Source of the DNA: Candidatus Poribacteria bacterium
GTDB taxonomy: Bacteria > Poribacteria > WGA-4E > WGA-3G
Assembly (NCBI GenBank): GCA_963665235.2
Contig: CAXXLX010000001.1
Span: 2,688,001-2,752,000 of the forward strand
DNA length: 64,000 nt
Reading direction: 5' to 3'
In this document: positions 38,891-49,173 of the stretch, one piece after another
Layout: each line of letters opens with the position of its first letter
Numbering within the stretch: the first letter of the stretch is position 1
Notes under the pieces: model-generated
What the model saw: the letters and a program-made list of their open reading frames with translations, nothing else
Told to the model about the DNA's origin: nothing
Databases searched by the model: none
Translations under genes and position numbers: made by a program

Positions 38891-41056
38891 ATGAACACCA
38901 GTATGACATATAAGATTAGACCCGCGGGGCGACACCTCCTCACCATCGGCCGTGATCTCATTCAGGATAATTACGCCGCTGTTTTTGAGTTAGTAAAAAA
39001 CGCTTACGATGCCGATTCCCCTGACGTGCATATAGAATTCAGAGCGGCTCCTGACCATAGTGGATACACTATCGTCATTTCCGACCACGGGCACGGTATG
39101 TCCAGCGATGATGTTATTAACAAGTGGCTTGTGCCATCAACACAGGATAAGGTTAAAAGGCATCGCAGTCCATCTGGACGCGTGTTACAAGGCAGTAAAG
39201 GCGTGGGACGTTATGCTGCATCCATTCTCGGCACAGATCTGCTCCTTGAAACAATCACCAATAAAGGTGAGAAAACAACCGCCTATCTTAAATGGGGCGA
39301 CTTTGAATCTGCGCTGTACCTGGAGGATGTGGAGATACCGTTGAAAACAGAAGTAGTCTCTGAAGCCTCAGGTACACGGTTGACTATTAACGGCGGAAGC
39401 GAAATGCTCGCTGAATGGGACCAAAAGCAGTTTGACAAACTCCGGTTTGAATTGAAGAAACTCACATCACCTATAATGGATGTGTTCAGCCATGAAGGGA
39501 CAAGTGATGTGTTCCGTATCAGTTTGGCAGTTAGCGAATTTCCCGCAGTGAACGACATCAGCGAAACTATTGAACCCTATCCACTTTTCAATCTTTTTGA
39601 CTACAAGATAGCGGGTAAAATCAACAGCGACGGTACAGGGACGCTAGTCTATTCGTCGCAGAAAGCTCGCAACACAATAGAAGAGAAGATTCCATTCGAT
39701 TTTGGACATCCTACTGGCTGCGGGGAACTTGATATTGATATCCGTGTTTACGATCGGGAGGCAGCGGCGATTGATGCTCTTATCAAGCGGGGGTTTACAG
39801 ATGAATTCGGAAAATATGTTCAGAAACTTGAGGCGAGACAAATTCTGAATGCAAGCAACGGTATTGGCGTTTATCGAAACGGATTCCGGATCCGACCGCT
39901 CGGAGACCCCGATTTTGATTGGCTGAAACTCAATGCCCGAAGAGTGCAGAACCCAACACGTTGTATCGGCAGCAACCAAACAATCGGGTATGTACAGATT
40001 CAATCCGAGGTGCAGTCCCGCTTGATTGAAAAAAGTGCCAGAGATGGACTTAAGGAAAATGCGGCTTTTAATCAACTCAAAGAGATCACAACGCGGGTTA
40101 TAACAGAACTTGAATGGCGACGTTTCAACTACAGAAAGAGCGCGGGGTTGAGCCGGCCCGCTTTCAAAGTGGAAAGCAATCTGCAAAATCTTTTCTCCTT
40201 TGATGAGCTCAAGCAAGACATAGAAATGGAACTGACAAAGGCTGCTGTTGACAGAAAAACAGCTGATAAAATTATTGAACGCATTGATGAGGATGCTGAG
40301 GATAAAAACAAGATAGCGGGGGAAATACGCCAAACGGTTGCAATTTATCAGGGACAAGCTACCTTAGGGAAAATCATCAACGTCATTCTTCATGAAGCTA
40401 GACGGCCCCTCAGCTACTTCCGGAATCGAGTCCCTTATCTTAAGCGGAGATACAACTCATTTCAGAAAAACGGAGATCCGGCTGAGCTCGAAAAAGCCAT
40501 GGAAATTATTGATGGAATCGCTGAGAATTCCCAATTCTTTGTGAACCTCTTTAAAAGACTTGATCCGCTAGCAGCACGGAAGCGGACTGCAAAGAAGCCG
40601 TTGGAGTTAAAAAAAATAGTAGAAGGTATAATTGCTATCTTCGAAAACGAACTGAAATCTCATAATATCTCTCTTAGAATCAGCGGGCCTGATGACTTCA
40701 GATTCTTGGCTTGGCAGCAGGACATTTATGCAATTTTTACAAATCTTATTGACAATAGTCTCTACTGGATTAGTGAAAAGAAGCCCGAAACACGAGAAAT
40801 CACGATTGAAATCCTGACGAATGCGAATTCCCTGATTCATATTGACTATCACGATACCGGACCCGGAATTGAACCCTCTCTCATTGAGAGTGAAGTGATT
40901 TTTGAGCCTCACTTTTCCACTAAACCGGATGGAACAGGGTTGGGGCTCACAATAGCTGGGGAAGCTGCAGAACGAAACCAACTTGAACTAAAAGTTTATG
41001 AATCTGAAGAAGGTGCCCATTTTATACTTCAGCCCAAAACGGAGAATGAAAAATGA
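38891..41056 (+). CDS. MORC/HSP90-type GHKL ATPase fused to a histidine kinase
   Basis: ELVKNAYDADS, DHGHGM, GSKGVGR, YRNGFRI.P.G...DWL.L; H-box ILHEARRPL, NLIDNSLYW, DTGPGI, GTGLGL. Confidence 0.88.
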   Translation: MNTSMTYKIRPAGRHLLTIGRDLIQDNYAAVFELVKNAYDADSPDVHIEFRAAPDHSGYTIVISDHGHGMSSDDVINKWLVPSTQDKVKRHRSPSGRVLQGSKGVGRYAASILGTDLLLETITNKGEKTTAYLKWGDFESALYLEDVEIPLKTEVVSEASGTRLTINGGSEMLAEWDQKQFDKLRFELKKLTSPIMDVFSHEGTSDVFRISLAVSEFPAVNDISETIEPYPLFNLFDYKIAGKINSDGTGTLVYSSQKARNTIEEKIPFDFGHPTGCGELDIDIRVYDREAAAIDALIKRGFTDEFGKYVQKLEARQILNASNGIGVYRNGFRIRPLGDPDFDWLKLNARRVQNPTRCIGSNQTIGYVQIQSEVQSRLIEKSARDGLKENAAFNQLKEITTRVITELEWRRFNYRKSAGLSRPAFKVESNLQNLFSFDELKQDIEMELTKAAVDRKTADKIIERIDEDAEDKNKIAGEIRQTVAIYQGQATLGKIINVILHEARRPLSYFRNRVPYLKRRYNSFQKNGDPAELEKAMEIIDGIAENSQFFVNLFKRLDPLAARKRTAKKPLELKKIVEGIIAIFENELKSHNISLRISGPDDFRFLAWQQDIYAIFTNLIDNSLYWISEKKPETREITIEILTNANSLIHIDYHDTGPGIEPSLIESEVIFEPHFSTKPDGTGLGLTIAGEAAERNQLELKVYESEEGAHFILQPKTENEK

Positions 41057-41718
41057 GTGTAATGAGAGTTCTGCTTGTTGAAGACGCAAAAGATCAGCAG
41101 CTCATCTTTGAAGATGTCGTAGGTGTTTTCAATGAAGAGTATGATTTAACCGTTGAATCTGACATCGCAGAAGACACTTCAAGCGCATTGGAAAAAATAA
41201 ATAGTTCTTACTATGGTGCAATCATTGACATGAAGTTAGGTAACGATTATGAAGGTGGAAATGAGGTGGTCCGCCGGCTTCACGATTTATCTATTCGTGT
41301 GCCGGTCATCTTTGTCACAGGCTACCTTGATTTGGTGGAGGACCACCCATTGATTATCAAGAAACGGAGCCGCGACGCGGATACTTACGAATCTGATCTT
41401 TTATCGTTTCAGAAGTGGCACAGCGCGAAAGAGACCCCACAAACCTACACCGCGCTTATCCGACAGAGCGAGGAATGGTGGCTCGGGTGGATAGTAGAAG
41501 TCCGGGGGGTTATCTGTCAAGAACGAACGAGAAGTGAATTGTTAGATACGCTGCAAATCACACTTCGTGAAATATTAGAATATGAAACGCCGGAAGTCGC
41601 GCTCCGGACTGAAAGTGAAGCTGAGGCTTTAAAAGCATCTGACATCTTAGAGTTCGGTATGCAGGGAACATTGCATCAAACTGAAAGCGGATTTGAGGAG
41701 GTAGAAATTGATGTATGA
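41053..41718 (+). CDS. Receiver (REC) domain fused to a HicB-like antitoxin domain
   Basis: VLLVED...IIDMKL...PVIFVTG, then YTALIRQSEEWWLGWIVEVRGVICQERTRSELLDTL. Confidence 0.8.
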   Translation: MSVMRVLLVEDAKDQQLIFEDVVGVFNEEYDLTVESDIAEDTSSALEKINSSYYGAIIDMKLGNDYEGGNEVVRRLHDLSIRVPVIFVTGYLDLVEDHPLIIKKRSRDADTYESDLLSFQKWHSAKETPQTYTALIRQSEEWWLGWIVEVRGVICQERTRSELLDTLQITLREILEYETPEVALRTESEAEALKASDILEFGMQGTLHQTESGFEEVEIDV

Positions 41719-41900
41719 AACGTAGGAAGTTGATTAAACATCTTAGAGACCACGGATGCGTGCTTCTTCGGGAAGGTGGAAGACACTCGATATGGCGGAA
41801 TTCAGAACAGCGCACCCAAGCCTCGGTCCCGCGACACACCGAGATTAATAATATTACCGCCCAGAAAATCTGTAAGGAATTAAAAATCCTACGTCCGTAA
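41715..41900 (+). CDS. hicA: HicA-family toxin
   Basis: MKRRKLIKHLRDHGCVLLREGGRHSIW...VPRHTEI...KICKEL. Confidence 0.92.
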   Translation: MKRRKLIKHLRDHGCVLLREGGRHSIWRNSEQRTQASVPRHTEINNITAQKICKELKILRP

Positions 41901-42089
41901 TTTCGGCCGCGGCACATCCATTCAGATAATGAAAAATGCAGGCTTCCCCATTGATATGAACAAGATTTATTAACTAAACATTCTCCCCATAACATACTAG
42001 AGGATTCACTATGCCTACACTAATTGATTGACAATTACCGGCAAAAACGGTAAAATAGGTCTCAAGTCTATGCAATCAGGAGCAGCACA

Positions 42090-42938
42090 ATGGAAAAATT
42101 CCCTATTATCGACACACACGTCCATCTATGGCACCCGGAGCAACTCAGGTATCCATGGCTGGCACAGGTCCCAGAACTAAACAAACCCTATCTCCTAAAA
42201 CATTATACCGATGCACATGGCGACCTTGACATTGAGGCGATGGTTTTCGTTCAATGTGATACACACCCCGATGACGGTTTGAAGGAAACCGCATGGGTTA
42301 CCTCACTCTCAATGACAGAGCCCCGTATCCGAGGTATCGTGGCGTGGGCACCGCTTGAGAGGGGCAAACTTGTGGAGCCTTTTGTTGAAAAATTGGCAGA
42401 AAATCCGCTAGTTAAAGGTATCCGCCGCCTCATCCAATCTGAGAACGTTGACTTCTGTATCCAACCCGCATTCGTTGAGGGGGTCAAAACGTTGGCTCAG
42501 CACAATTTAAGTTTTGATATCTGTATTTTTCACCCGCAACTATCAAATGCAACTCGACTTGTGGAACAGTGCCCGAACGTCCAATTCATTTTAGACCATA
42601 TCGGTAAACCGGACATCAAAAATCAGCTGTTTAACCCTTGGAAACAGGAGCTCCGAGTGCTATCGGAATTCCCAAATGTCCATTGCAAAATTTCGGGACT
42701 GACAACCGAGGCTGAGCACGCACAGTGGACACCAGCCGACCTACAGCCTTATATCGCACACGTAATTGACTGCTTCGGTTTCGACCGCGTAATTTACGGA
42801 AGCGACTGGCCCGTCTCTACCCAAGCCACCGATTATCGACGTTGGGTTGATACGTTACAGGAAGCTGTATCCGGCTGTTCTTCGGTAGAGATGACGAATC
42901 TTTTCCGTGATAATGCTGTCAAATTTTATAGGTTGTGA
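42090..42938 (+). CDS. Amidohydrolase_2 family (L-fuconolactonase-like)
   Basis: IIDTHVHLW, KGIRR, ILDHIGKP, CKISGL, YGSDWPV. Confidence 0.9.
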   Translation: MEKFPIIDTHVHLWHPEQLRYPWLAQVPELNKPYLLKHYTDAHGDLDIEAMVFVQCDTHPDDGLKETAWVTSLSMTEPRIRGIVAWAPLERGKLVEPFVEKLAENPLVKGIRRLIQSENVDFCIQPAFVEGVKTLAQHNLSFDICIFHPQLSNATRLVEQCPNVQFILDHIGKPDIKNQLFNPWKQELRVLSEFPNVHCKISGLTTEAEHAQWTPADLQPYIAHVIDCFGFDRVIYGSDWPVSTQATDYRRWVDTLQEAVSGCSSVEMTNLFRDNAVKFYRL

Positions 42939-42959
42939 TGGTTTCCCTTCTTCTCTTGT

Positions 42960-43048
42960 GTAGGAGCGTGCTGTGCACGCGATGTCTCTTATGTAGGAGC
43001 GTGCTGTGCACGCGACCTCTTTTGTAGGAGCGTGCTGTGCACGCGCCC
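42960..43048. repeat. Tandem GTAG-type REPs (3 copies)
   Basis: gtaggagcgtgctgtgcacgcg x3; related inverted copies at 15860-15920. Confidence 0.8.
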
Positions 43049-43139
43049 TCTTCTAGTATTCGGGCAATCAGTCCGCTCCTCAAACGAAACAACCCTTTCC
43101 CCCTTCCATTCTTCCATCCTTCCCCTTTCTCTTATTTTG

Positions 43140-45326
43140 CTAACCCCCCGCTTTTACCTCGCGGCGGCGGGGATGCAACACAAATTCCGTGTAACCGTTC
43201 GGCAGTTCACACCCTTTAAAAACTAAATCCAACGCTGCCTGAAAGGCGATGCTCTCGTCGTAATCTGGCGACATATTGCGATAGTTCGGGTCGCCAGCGT
43301 TTTGACTATCAACGACCCTCGCCATCCGTTGGAACGTCTCTGTAACCTGCGCATCCGTAACAATACCGTGGTGCAGCCAATTGGCGATATGTTGACTGGA
43401 AATCCGTAACGTCGCGCGGTCCTCCATCAAACCGACGTTATTAATATCCGGTATCTTTGAGCATCCGATGCCCTGGTCAACCCATCGCACGACGTATCCC
43501 AAGATGCCTTGTGCGTTATTATCTAATTCCCGTTGAATTTCATCGGGAGCTAGCTCACGCTCCTTCAATAGCGGCGGTGTCAACAGTGCTGTCAAACTGG
43601 CCCGTTCCCGAGAAATCAGTTCATCTAAACACTCCGCAACATTGACCTTGTGATAGTGTATCGCATGCAGGGTTGCGGCTGTCGGTGAAGGCACCCAGGC
43701 AGTTGTTGCACCGGCTAACGGATGATTTATCTTTGTCTCAAGCATATCCGTCATCTCATCAGGTTTTGTCCACATACCTTTTCCTATCTGCACAAGCCCC
43801 GGCAATCCCGTTTCAATGCCGACATCCACGTTCCAATTTTCATAAGCAATCATCCACGGTTCATTGCGAATCTCCATTTTGGGAATCATCGGGCCTGCTT
43901 CCATACTGGTATGAATTTCATCGCCGGTTCTGTCCAGAAAACCGGTATTGATAAAGACAAGTCGTTGGGACGCGATACGCAGCACCTCTTTGAGATTGAC
44001 AGTAGTCCGCCGCTCCTCATCCATAATCCCGATTTTGATAGTATTCGGTGCAATCCGCAGTGCCGCCTCTATCCTTTCAAACAACCGAACCGTCATCGCC
44101 ACCTCTTCCGGCCCGTGAAACTTCGGTTTGACTATATAGATGCTGCCAGTTCTGCTATTGGTATACCTGCTTTTTCCTTGCAGGTCGTGCACCGCCGCAA
44201 ACGTTGTCACCATTGCATCCAGGAAACCTTCCGGAATTTCCTCATCATCAGCCGTCGTCACAGCGTCTGTATACATGTGCAACCCGACGTTCCGAATTAG
44301 GAGCAAGCTCCGTCCGGGCAGGGTCAACTCATTTCCGTCTGGTGCGGTGAATGTCTTGTCAGGGACGAGGCATCGCGTCAGGGGTTTCCCATTTTTTTCA
44401 AAGGTTGTCTCTAAAGTGCCTTTCATAATGCCGTTCCAGTTGCTATAGACGCGGCACTTATCCGCAGCATCAACAGCAGCCACAGAGTCTTCGCAATCCT
44501 GAATCGTTGTTATTGCGGCTTCAAGGATAACATCTGCTACGCCTGCCGGATGTGCCTGCCCCACCGGATGCAACCGATTGAGCTGGACCTCAATATGCAA
44601 CCCATTGTTTTGAAACAGCATCGCCGTGAGTTCACCCGTGTCGTTCTGCGTAAAACCGACAAATTTATCCGTATCTGCTAACCCCACCTCACTGCCATTC
44701 TTAAGCGTTGCCTGCACCTGTTGTTTTCCATCAACTGTTTTGAGCGCATACCTTGTAACGTCAGCAAAGTTTCCCGCTTCGAGCGGTATCACCTCATCTA
44801 AAAACTGCTCGGTGTAGGCAATAACTTTCGCCCCGCGGATGGGGTTATAGGTATCGCCCCGGGTAGCCCCATCTGCCTCGCTAATGGCATTCGTCCCGTA
44901 GAGTGCATCGTAAAGACTGCCCCATCGTGCGTTCGTAGCATTTAGGGCATACCGCGCGTTATCTGCTGGCACAACCAATTGCGGGCCCGCAATTAGAGCA
45001 ATCTCCAGATCTACATCCTCTGTCGTCACGACGAAATCTTCACCTTCAGGCACTAAATAACCGATGTCAGTAAGAAATGCCGTATATTCTTCGCTATCTA
45101 TCGGTTCACCTTTCCGTGCTAGATGCCATGCATCCAGTTGTTGCTGAAGTGTATCCCGTTTCTCTAAAAGTGCCCCATTTTCAGGAGCGAATGTATCAAC
45201 AATGTCGCTGAACGCTCTCCAGAACGTTTCCGCTTCGATACCTGTGCCGGGTGCAATCTCATCCCTCACCAGGGCGTATAAACCCGCATCTATCTTAAGA
45301 TTACCGATTTCTATTCGGTTTCCCAT
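43140..45326 (-). CDS. glcB: Malate synthase G
   Basis: [78 protein letters not shown]; AGGAG RBS before ATG 45326. Confidence 0.97.
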   Translation of the reverse strand: MGNRIEIGNLKIDAGLYALVRDEIAPGTGIEAETFWRAFSDIVDTFAPENGALLEKRDTLQQQLDAWHLARKGEPIDSEEYTAFLTDIGYLVPEGEDFVVTTEDVDLEIALIAGPQLVVPADNARYALNATNARWGSLYDALYGTNAISEADGATRGDTYNPIRGAKVIAYTEQFLDEVIPLEAGNFADVTRYALKTVDGKQQVQATLKNGSEVGLADTDKFVGFTQNDTGELTAMLFQNNGLHIEVQLNRLHPVGQAHPAGVADVILEAAITTIQDCEDSVAAVDAADKCRVYSNWNGIMKGTLETTFEKNGKPLTRCLVPDKTFTAPDGNELTLPGRSLLLIRNVGLHMYTDAVTTADDEEIPEGFLDAMVTTFAAVHDLQGKSRYTNSRTGSIYIVKPKFHGPEEVAMTVRLFERIEAALRIAPNTIKIGIMDEERRTTVNLKEVLRIASQRLVFINTGFLDRTGDEIHTSMEAGPMIPKMEIRNEPWMIAYENWNVDVGIETGLPGLVQIGKGMWTKPDEMTDMLETKINHPLAGATTAWVPSPTAATLHAIHYHKVNVAECLDELISRERASLTALLTPPLLKERELAPDEIQRELDNNAQGILGYVVRWVDQGIGCSKIPDINNVGLMEDRATLRISSQHIANWLHHGIVTDAQVTETFQRMARVVDSQNAGDPNYRNMSPDYDESIAFQAALDLVFKGCELPNGYTEFVLHPRRREVKAGG

Positions 45327-45932
45327 ACCGTTCGTTTCTCCTAATTCTATCCGTTTAATTTCTACTATAGTTTGGACAATATCCGTGAGCCTGATACGGG
45401 GAATATCTTGAACGGTGTTCAATCCCCTCCCCGCTTTCAAAGCATCTCTGATTTTTCTCACTGTTTCTCACACAAGGACAAATAGGAGAAAAATAACCTC
45501 CGATGGGTTTTCCAAAACGTAGTCCCATCGGGGCGGAATGTTTATAGAATGTTGGAAACCGTTGGAAACCGTTGGAAACCTTTAGCAAACGGGTTGTGAT
45601 GCTAAGCATATCTCTGCTGCGCGTCAAAACCCTCTTCCCCGCTTCCACCCTTCCATTCTTCCACCCTTCCATCTATCCGTTTGACAAAAACTTTGTGCCC
45701 CCCTAAAATTGTCCAAAGTTTAGTAATTTCTAACTATCATAACAACAAATTCAATGTGTGTCAATTATTTTTTTCGGGGATTGGAAGGGGGGAAGGGGAG
45801 TGCTTAGGGGCCCAAATGCACCGATTATTTTTTCAGAGTGGAAGGGTGGAAGGATGGGAGAGGGGAAGGGGAACGTGTGTTGTCAGAATTGCGGATTATC
45901 GCGGAATACATGGAAGGCTCGGAGGACGGGCC

Positions 45933-47333
45933 GTTTCAATCTTGTAATCGAGCATCTTTTCGTTTCAACTTTTTCTCCAGAACAGCTGCCAATATCGTAC
46001 TATTAAGTTGTTTCAATCTTGTAATCGAGCATCTTTTCGTTTCAACACGGAAAATGTGCGTATTGCGACAAAATCGTCAAAAAGTTTCAATCTCGTAATC
46101 GAGCATCTTTTCGTTTCAACAATGTGCTCGTCGGTGATGATATTGGGACGACCTGGGCGTTTCAATCTCGTAATCGAGCATCTTTTCGTTTCAACGCAAC
46201 GGGCGTGTCAGCGATTACCACTGCATAGTTTCAATCTCGTAATCGAGCATCTTTTCGTTTCAACCAGGAATGGCGATTTTGTGGCTGCTCTCAAGTTATG
46301 TTTCAATCTCGTAATCGAGCATCTTTTCGTTTCAACTCTAATGACTTTGCCACCCCTTCAAACCTATTCAAGTTTCAATCTCGTAATCGAGCATCTTTTC
46401 GTTTCAACAAATAAAAGTCCATATAGAGGCAAGGGGTTATAGCGGGTTTCAATCTCGTAATCGAGCATCTTTTCGTTTCAACACAAATCCAAGCTTCCGA
46501 GGCTGGATAAAGAATTATTTACGTTTCAATCTCGTAATCGAGCATCTTTTCGTTTCAACTTTCCGCCTTTCCAGTTCTCCATGTAGTGGTGGAGGCGGGC
46601 TATCCTCTGTTTCAATCTCGTAATCGAGCATCTTTTCGTTTCAACACATTTTTAAACGTGCACTCGGATACCACATCGGAAGTTTCAATCTCGTAATCGA
46701 GCATCTTTTCGTTTCAACGGAAAATGGTATTCTTTCTGAAAATCAAACAATCGCTTTGGTGTTTCAATCTCGTAATCGAGCATCTTTTCGTTTCAACAGA
46801 GAATCCTAAATAGCAACATAACCAAAATTGTGCGTTTCAATCTCGTAATCGAGCATCTTTTCGTTTCAACCCTTACGCGCTGAAGGAATTATCATGACTA
46901 AGAAACTCCAGTTTCAATCTCGTAATCGAGCATCTTTTCGTTTCAACTCTTTGCGTCTTATTTCTTAGGGGAGTATATCCATGGTTTCAATCTCGTAATC
47001 GAGCATCTTTTCGTTTCAACGTGTTATGTAGGTCACCATAATTCCCCGTCAACAAGTTATTCGCGTTTCAATCTCGTAATCGAGCATCTTTTCGTTTCAA
47101 CCATCCATGAAGACTTATGGAAGGAGTGTCCACAGCTTGTCAAGTTTCAATCTCGTAATCGAGCATCTTTTCGTTTCAACAGAAACGAGGCAGCGTCTGA
47201 TAGATGCTCACTTCTTAAGTTTCAATCTCGTAATCGAGCATCTTTTCGTTTCAACTTAAATGAAGCGGGGGGCCAAAGCCCCCCGTCTCGGATGTAGTTT
47301 CAATCTCGTAATCGAGCATCTTTTCGTTTCAAC
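45933..47333 (-). CRISPR. CRISPR array: 19 x 37-bp repeats, 18 spacers of 32-49 bp
   Basis: Repeat (minus strand) GTTGAAACGAAAAGATGCTCGATTACGAGATTGAAAC ends in ATTGAAAC; the two variant repeats are at the left (trailer) end, so the leader is on the right. Confidence 0.98.
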
Positions 47334-47552
47334 AGCCCGCGTTTTCAACCCTTACCGTACATAGCATGAAAGACCGCATTTCTGTGAGCGGCACTTTTTC
47401 CCGCAACAGAAATTGCCAAAAATAGGTAAATGAACATTTCAAGCCATAGTCCATAAGGGTTCAACCCCTTCTGTGAGGGTCTAGGGTTTTTCGGTCCGCT
47501 TTCGCTCACAGAATTCATTTTAAAGTTTACACTATGCAGAATTATTTGTCAA
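47334..47552 (-). promoter_or_regulatory. CRISPR leader with sigma70 promoter
   Basis: TTGACA-N17-TAAACT (47552-47524); ttctgtgag motif present twice direct and once inverted. Confidence 0.75.
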
Positions 47553-47681
47553 CCTCTTTTTTCGGAATTGGTATTCGGTTTGTGCACAAGGTTTACCAAT
47601 GTTTACTTAATTATACACCATATAGTTCTGTTTGTCAAATTTTTTTCGGAATTGGGTGCGTAAAGTTTTTGTACAAACCCG

Positions 47682-48350
47682 GTGTAAATGTTACACTTTT
47701 GACACAAAGTGTAACATTTGGTTTTGGGTATTGAATGTGCGTGAACGCCCGCCCCGTCTATGTTTGTAAGCCATTTACACATCTCTTTTTCGCAATAGGA
47801 AAAAAATGAGTTGTGTCATATTGAGTGCCGGTTTTCGGGTATCAGTTCTGCGGACTTTTCGGACTGTTCTGCCTCATATTTTTTTGTGCTATTTGTGTGT
47901 AAATGTTACACTTTTGACACAAAGTGTAACATTTGGTTTTGGGTATTGAATGTGCGTGAACGCCCGCCCCGTCTATGTTTGTAAGCGGTTTTACCCTCTC
48001 TTTTTCGCGACACAAAAAAAACGGTTTGTGTCATTTCGACCGCCGATTTCGGGTATCAGTTCTGCGGACTTTTCTTGTCGTTCTGACTCCTACTTTTTTG
48101 TGCTATTTGTGTGCATAAGTTACACTTTTGACACAAAGTGTAACTTATGGTTCTCGGTGTTGCCTGTGCACAAACGCCCGCCCCGTCTATGTTTGTAAGC
48201 GGTTTTACCCTCTCTTTTTCGCGACACAAAAAAACGCGTTGTGTCATTTCGACTGCGGTTTTCGGGTATCTGTGCTGCGGACTTTTTTTAGGGTTCTGCC
48301 TCCTATTTTTTGATGCGGTTTGTGTGCATAAGTTACACTTTCGACACAAA
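47682..48350. repeat. Three plus one partial tandem 213-215-bp repeats, each with a 14-15-bp-stem palindrome
   Basis: Units start at ~47682, 47897, 48111 and 48324; core aaatgttacacttt-tgacac-aaagtgtaacattt. Confidence 0.9.
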
Positions 48351-48551
48351 CGCTATCGGTGTCCAATCCGGTGAGTTGCAAAACGCACCGCTTGCCTCCC
48401 AAAAATGTTTTGGGGTGCTGTTATATTAGTTGCGAACTGTTTGATTTTTCTTCATAAAAAATATCGCAGACGTACAAAAACTTTACACACCCTCGGAATT
48501 CGGAATTGGTATTCGGTTTGTGCACAAGATTCTGCCAGTATCCCCTTAATT

Positions 48552-48830
48552 TTACACTATATAGTTCCGTTTGTCAAGCTCTTTTTTTACGCCTATGCGT
48601 TTAATCTGTTTTTCACAGGTTGCACAGAGATGATAAAAGATTATCGTATCTTCGCTGAGCTCAATGGCTTTCTCCAATCGGTTTTGCAATCGCAGAAATG
48701 CGCGCCGATCGGTGTTACATTCAAAGACGCTGTATTGGACACGCGTTCCAAAGTCCTTCAGAATTTTAGAGACTCTGTTTCGGCGTTTGTCATCGGTAAT
48801 ATCGTAAGCAACCGTATAATGCATTGGCAA
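48552..48830 (-). CDS. cas2: CRISPR-associated Cas2
   Basis: VAYDITDDKRRNRVSKILKDFGTRVQYSVFEC; AAGGAGG RBS. Confidence 0.95.
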   Translation of the reverse strand: MPMHYTVAYDITDDKRRNRVSKILKDFGTRVQYSVFECNTDRRAFLRLQNRLEKAIELSEDTIIFYHLCATCEKQIKRIGVKKELDKRNYIV

Positions 48831-48889
48831 TGCCTCCTTTTTTCAATCTTCGTAGGATTATTTTATTCGGGGTTTACCTATATAGGGTA

Positions 48890-49170
48890 TCGCGTGCCCA
48901 GCCCGCTCCTACATAAGAATATCGCGTGCCCAGCACACTCCTACATAAGAGGATGTCGCGTGCCCAGCACACTCCTACATAAGAGGATGTCGCGTGCCCA
49001 GCCCGCTCCTACATAAGAGGAGATTGTAATCTTTCCCCCTTCCAGCCTTTCCCCCTTCCAGCCTTCCCCCCTTCCAGCCTTCCAATCTTCCACTGTGTGG
49101 AGAACAAGGCCGTAACCGAAGTGTTGACCTTCCCCCCTTCCACTCTTCCACCCTTCCAATCTTACACTTC
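48890..49170. repeat. Four 31-bp GTAG-REP units followed by CCTTCCA(N) octamer repeats
   Basis: cgcgtgcccagc(c/a)c(g/a)ctcctacataaga x4, then ccttccag/ccttccac runs. Confidence 0.8.
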
Positions 49171-49173
49171 CCT

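Noticed and set aside
45327-45461. N-terminal extension of glcB in the ORF track
   Set aside because: A good RBS and homology start at ATG 45326; similar over-extensions were trimmed for acnA, ribE, cas3 and cas5
46008-46442. ORFs with repeated FNLVIEHLFVST
   Set aside because: Translation of CRISPR repeats, not a protein
48405-49016. 203-aa + strand ORF
   Set aside because: Antisense shadow of cas2 plus REP repeats
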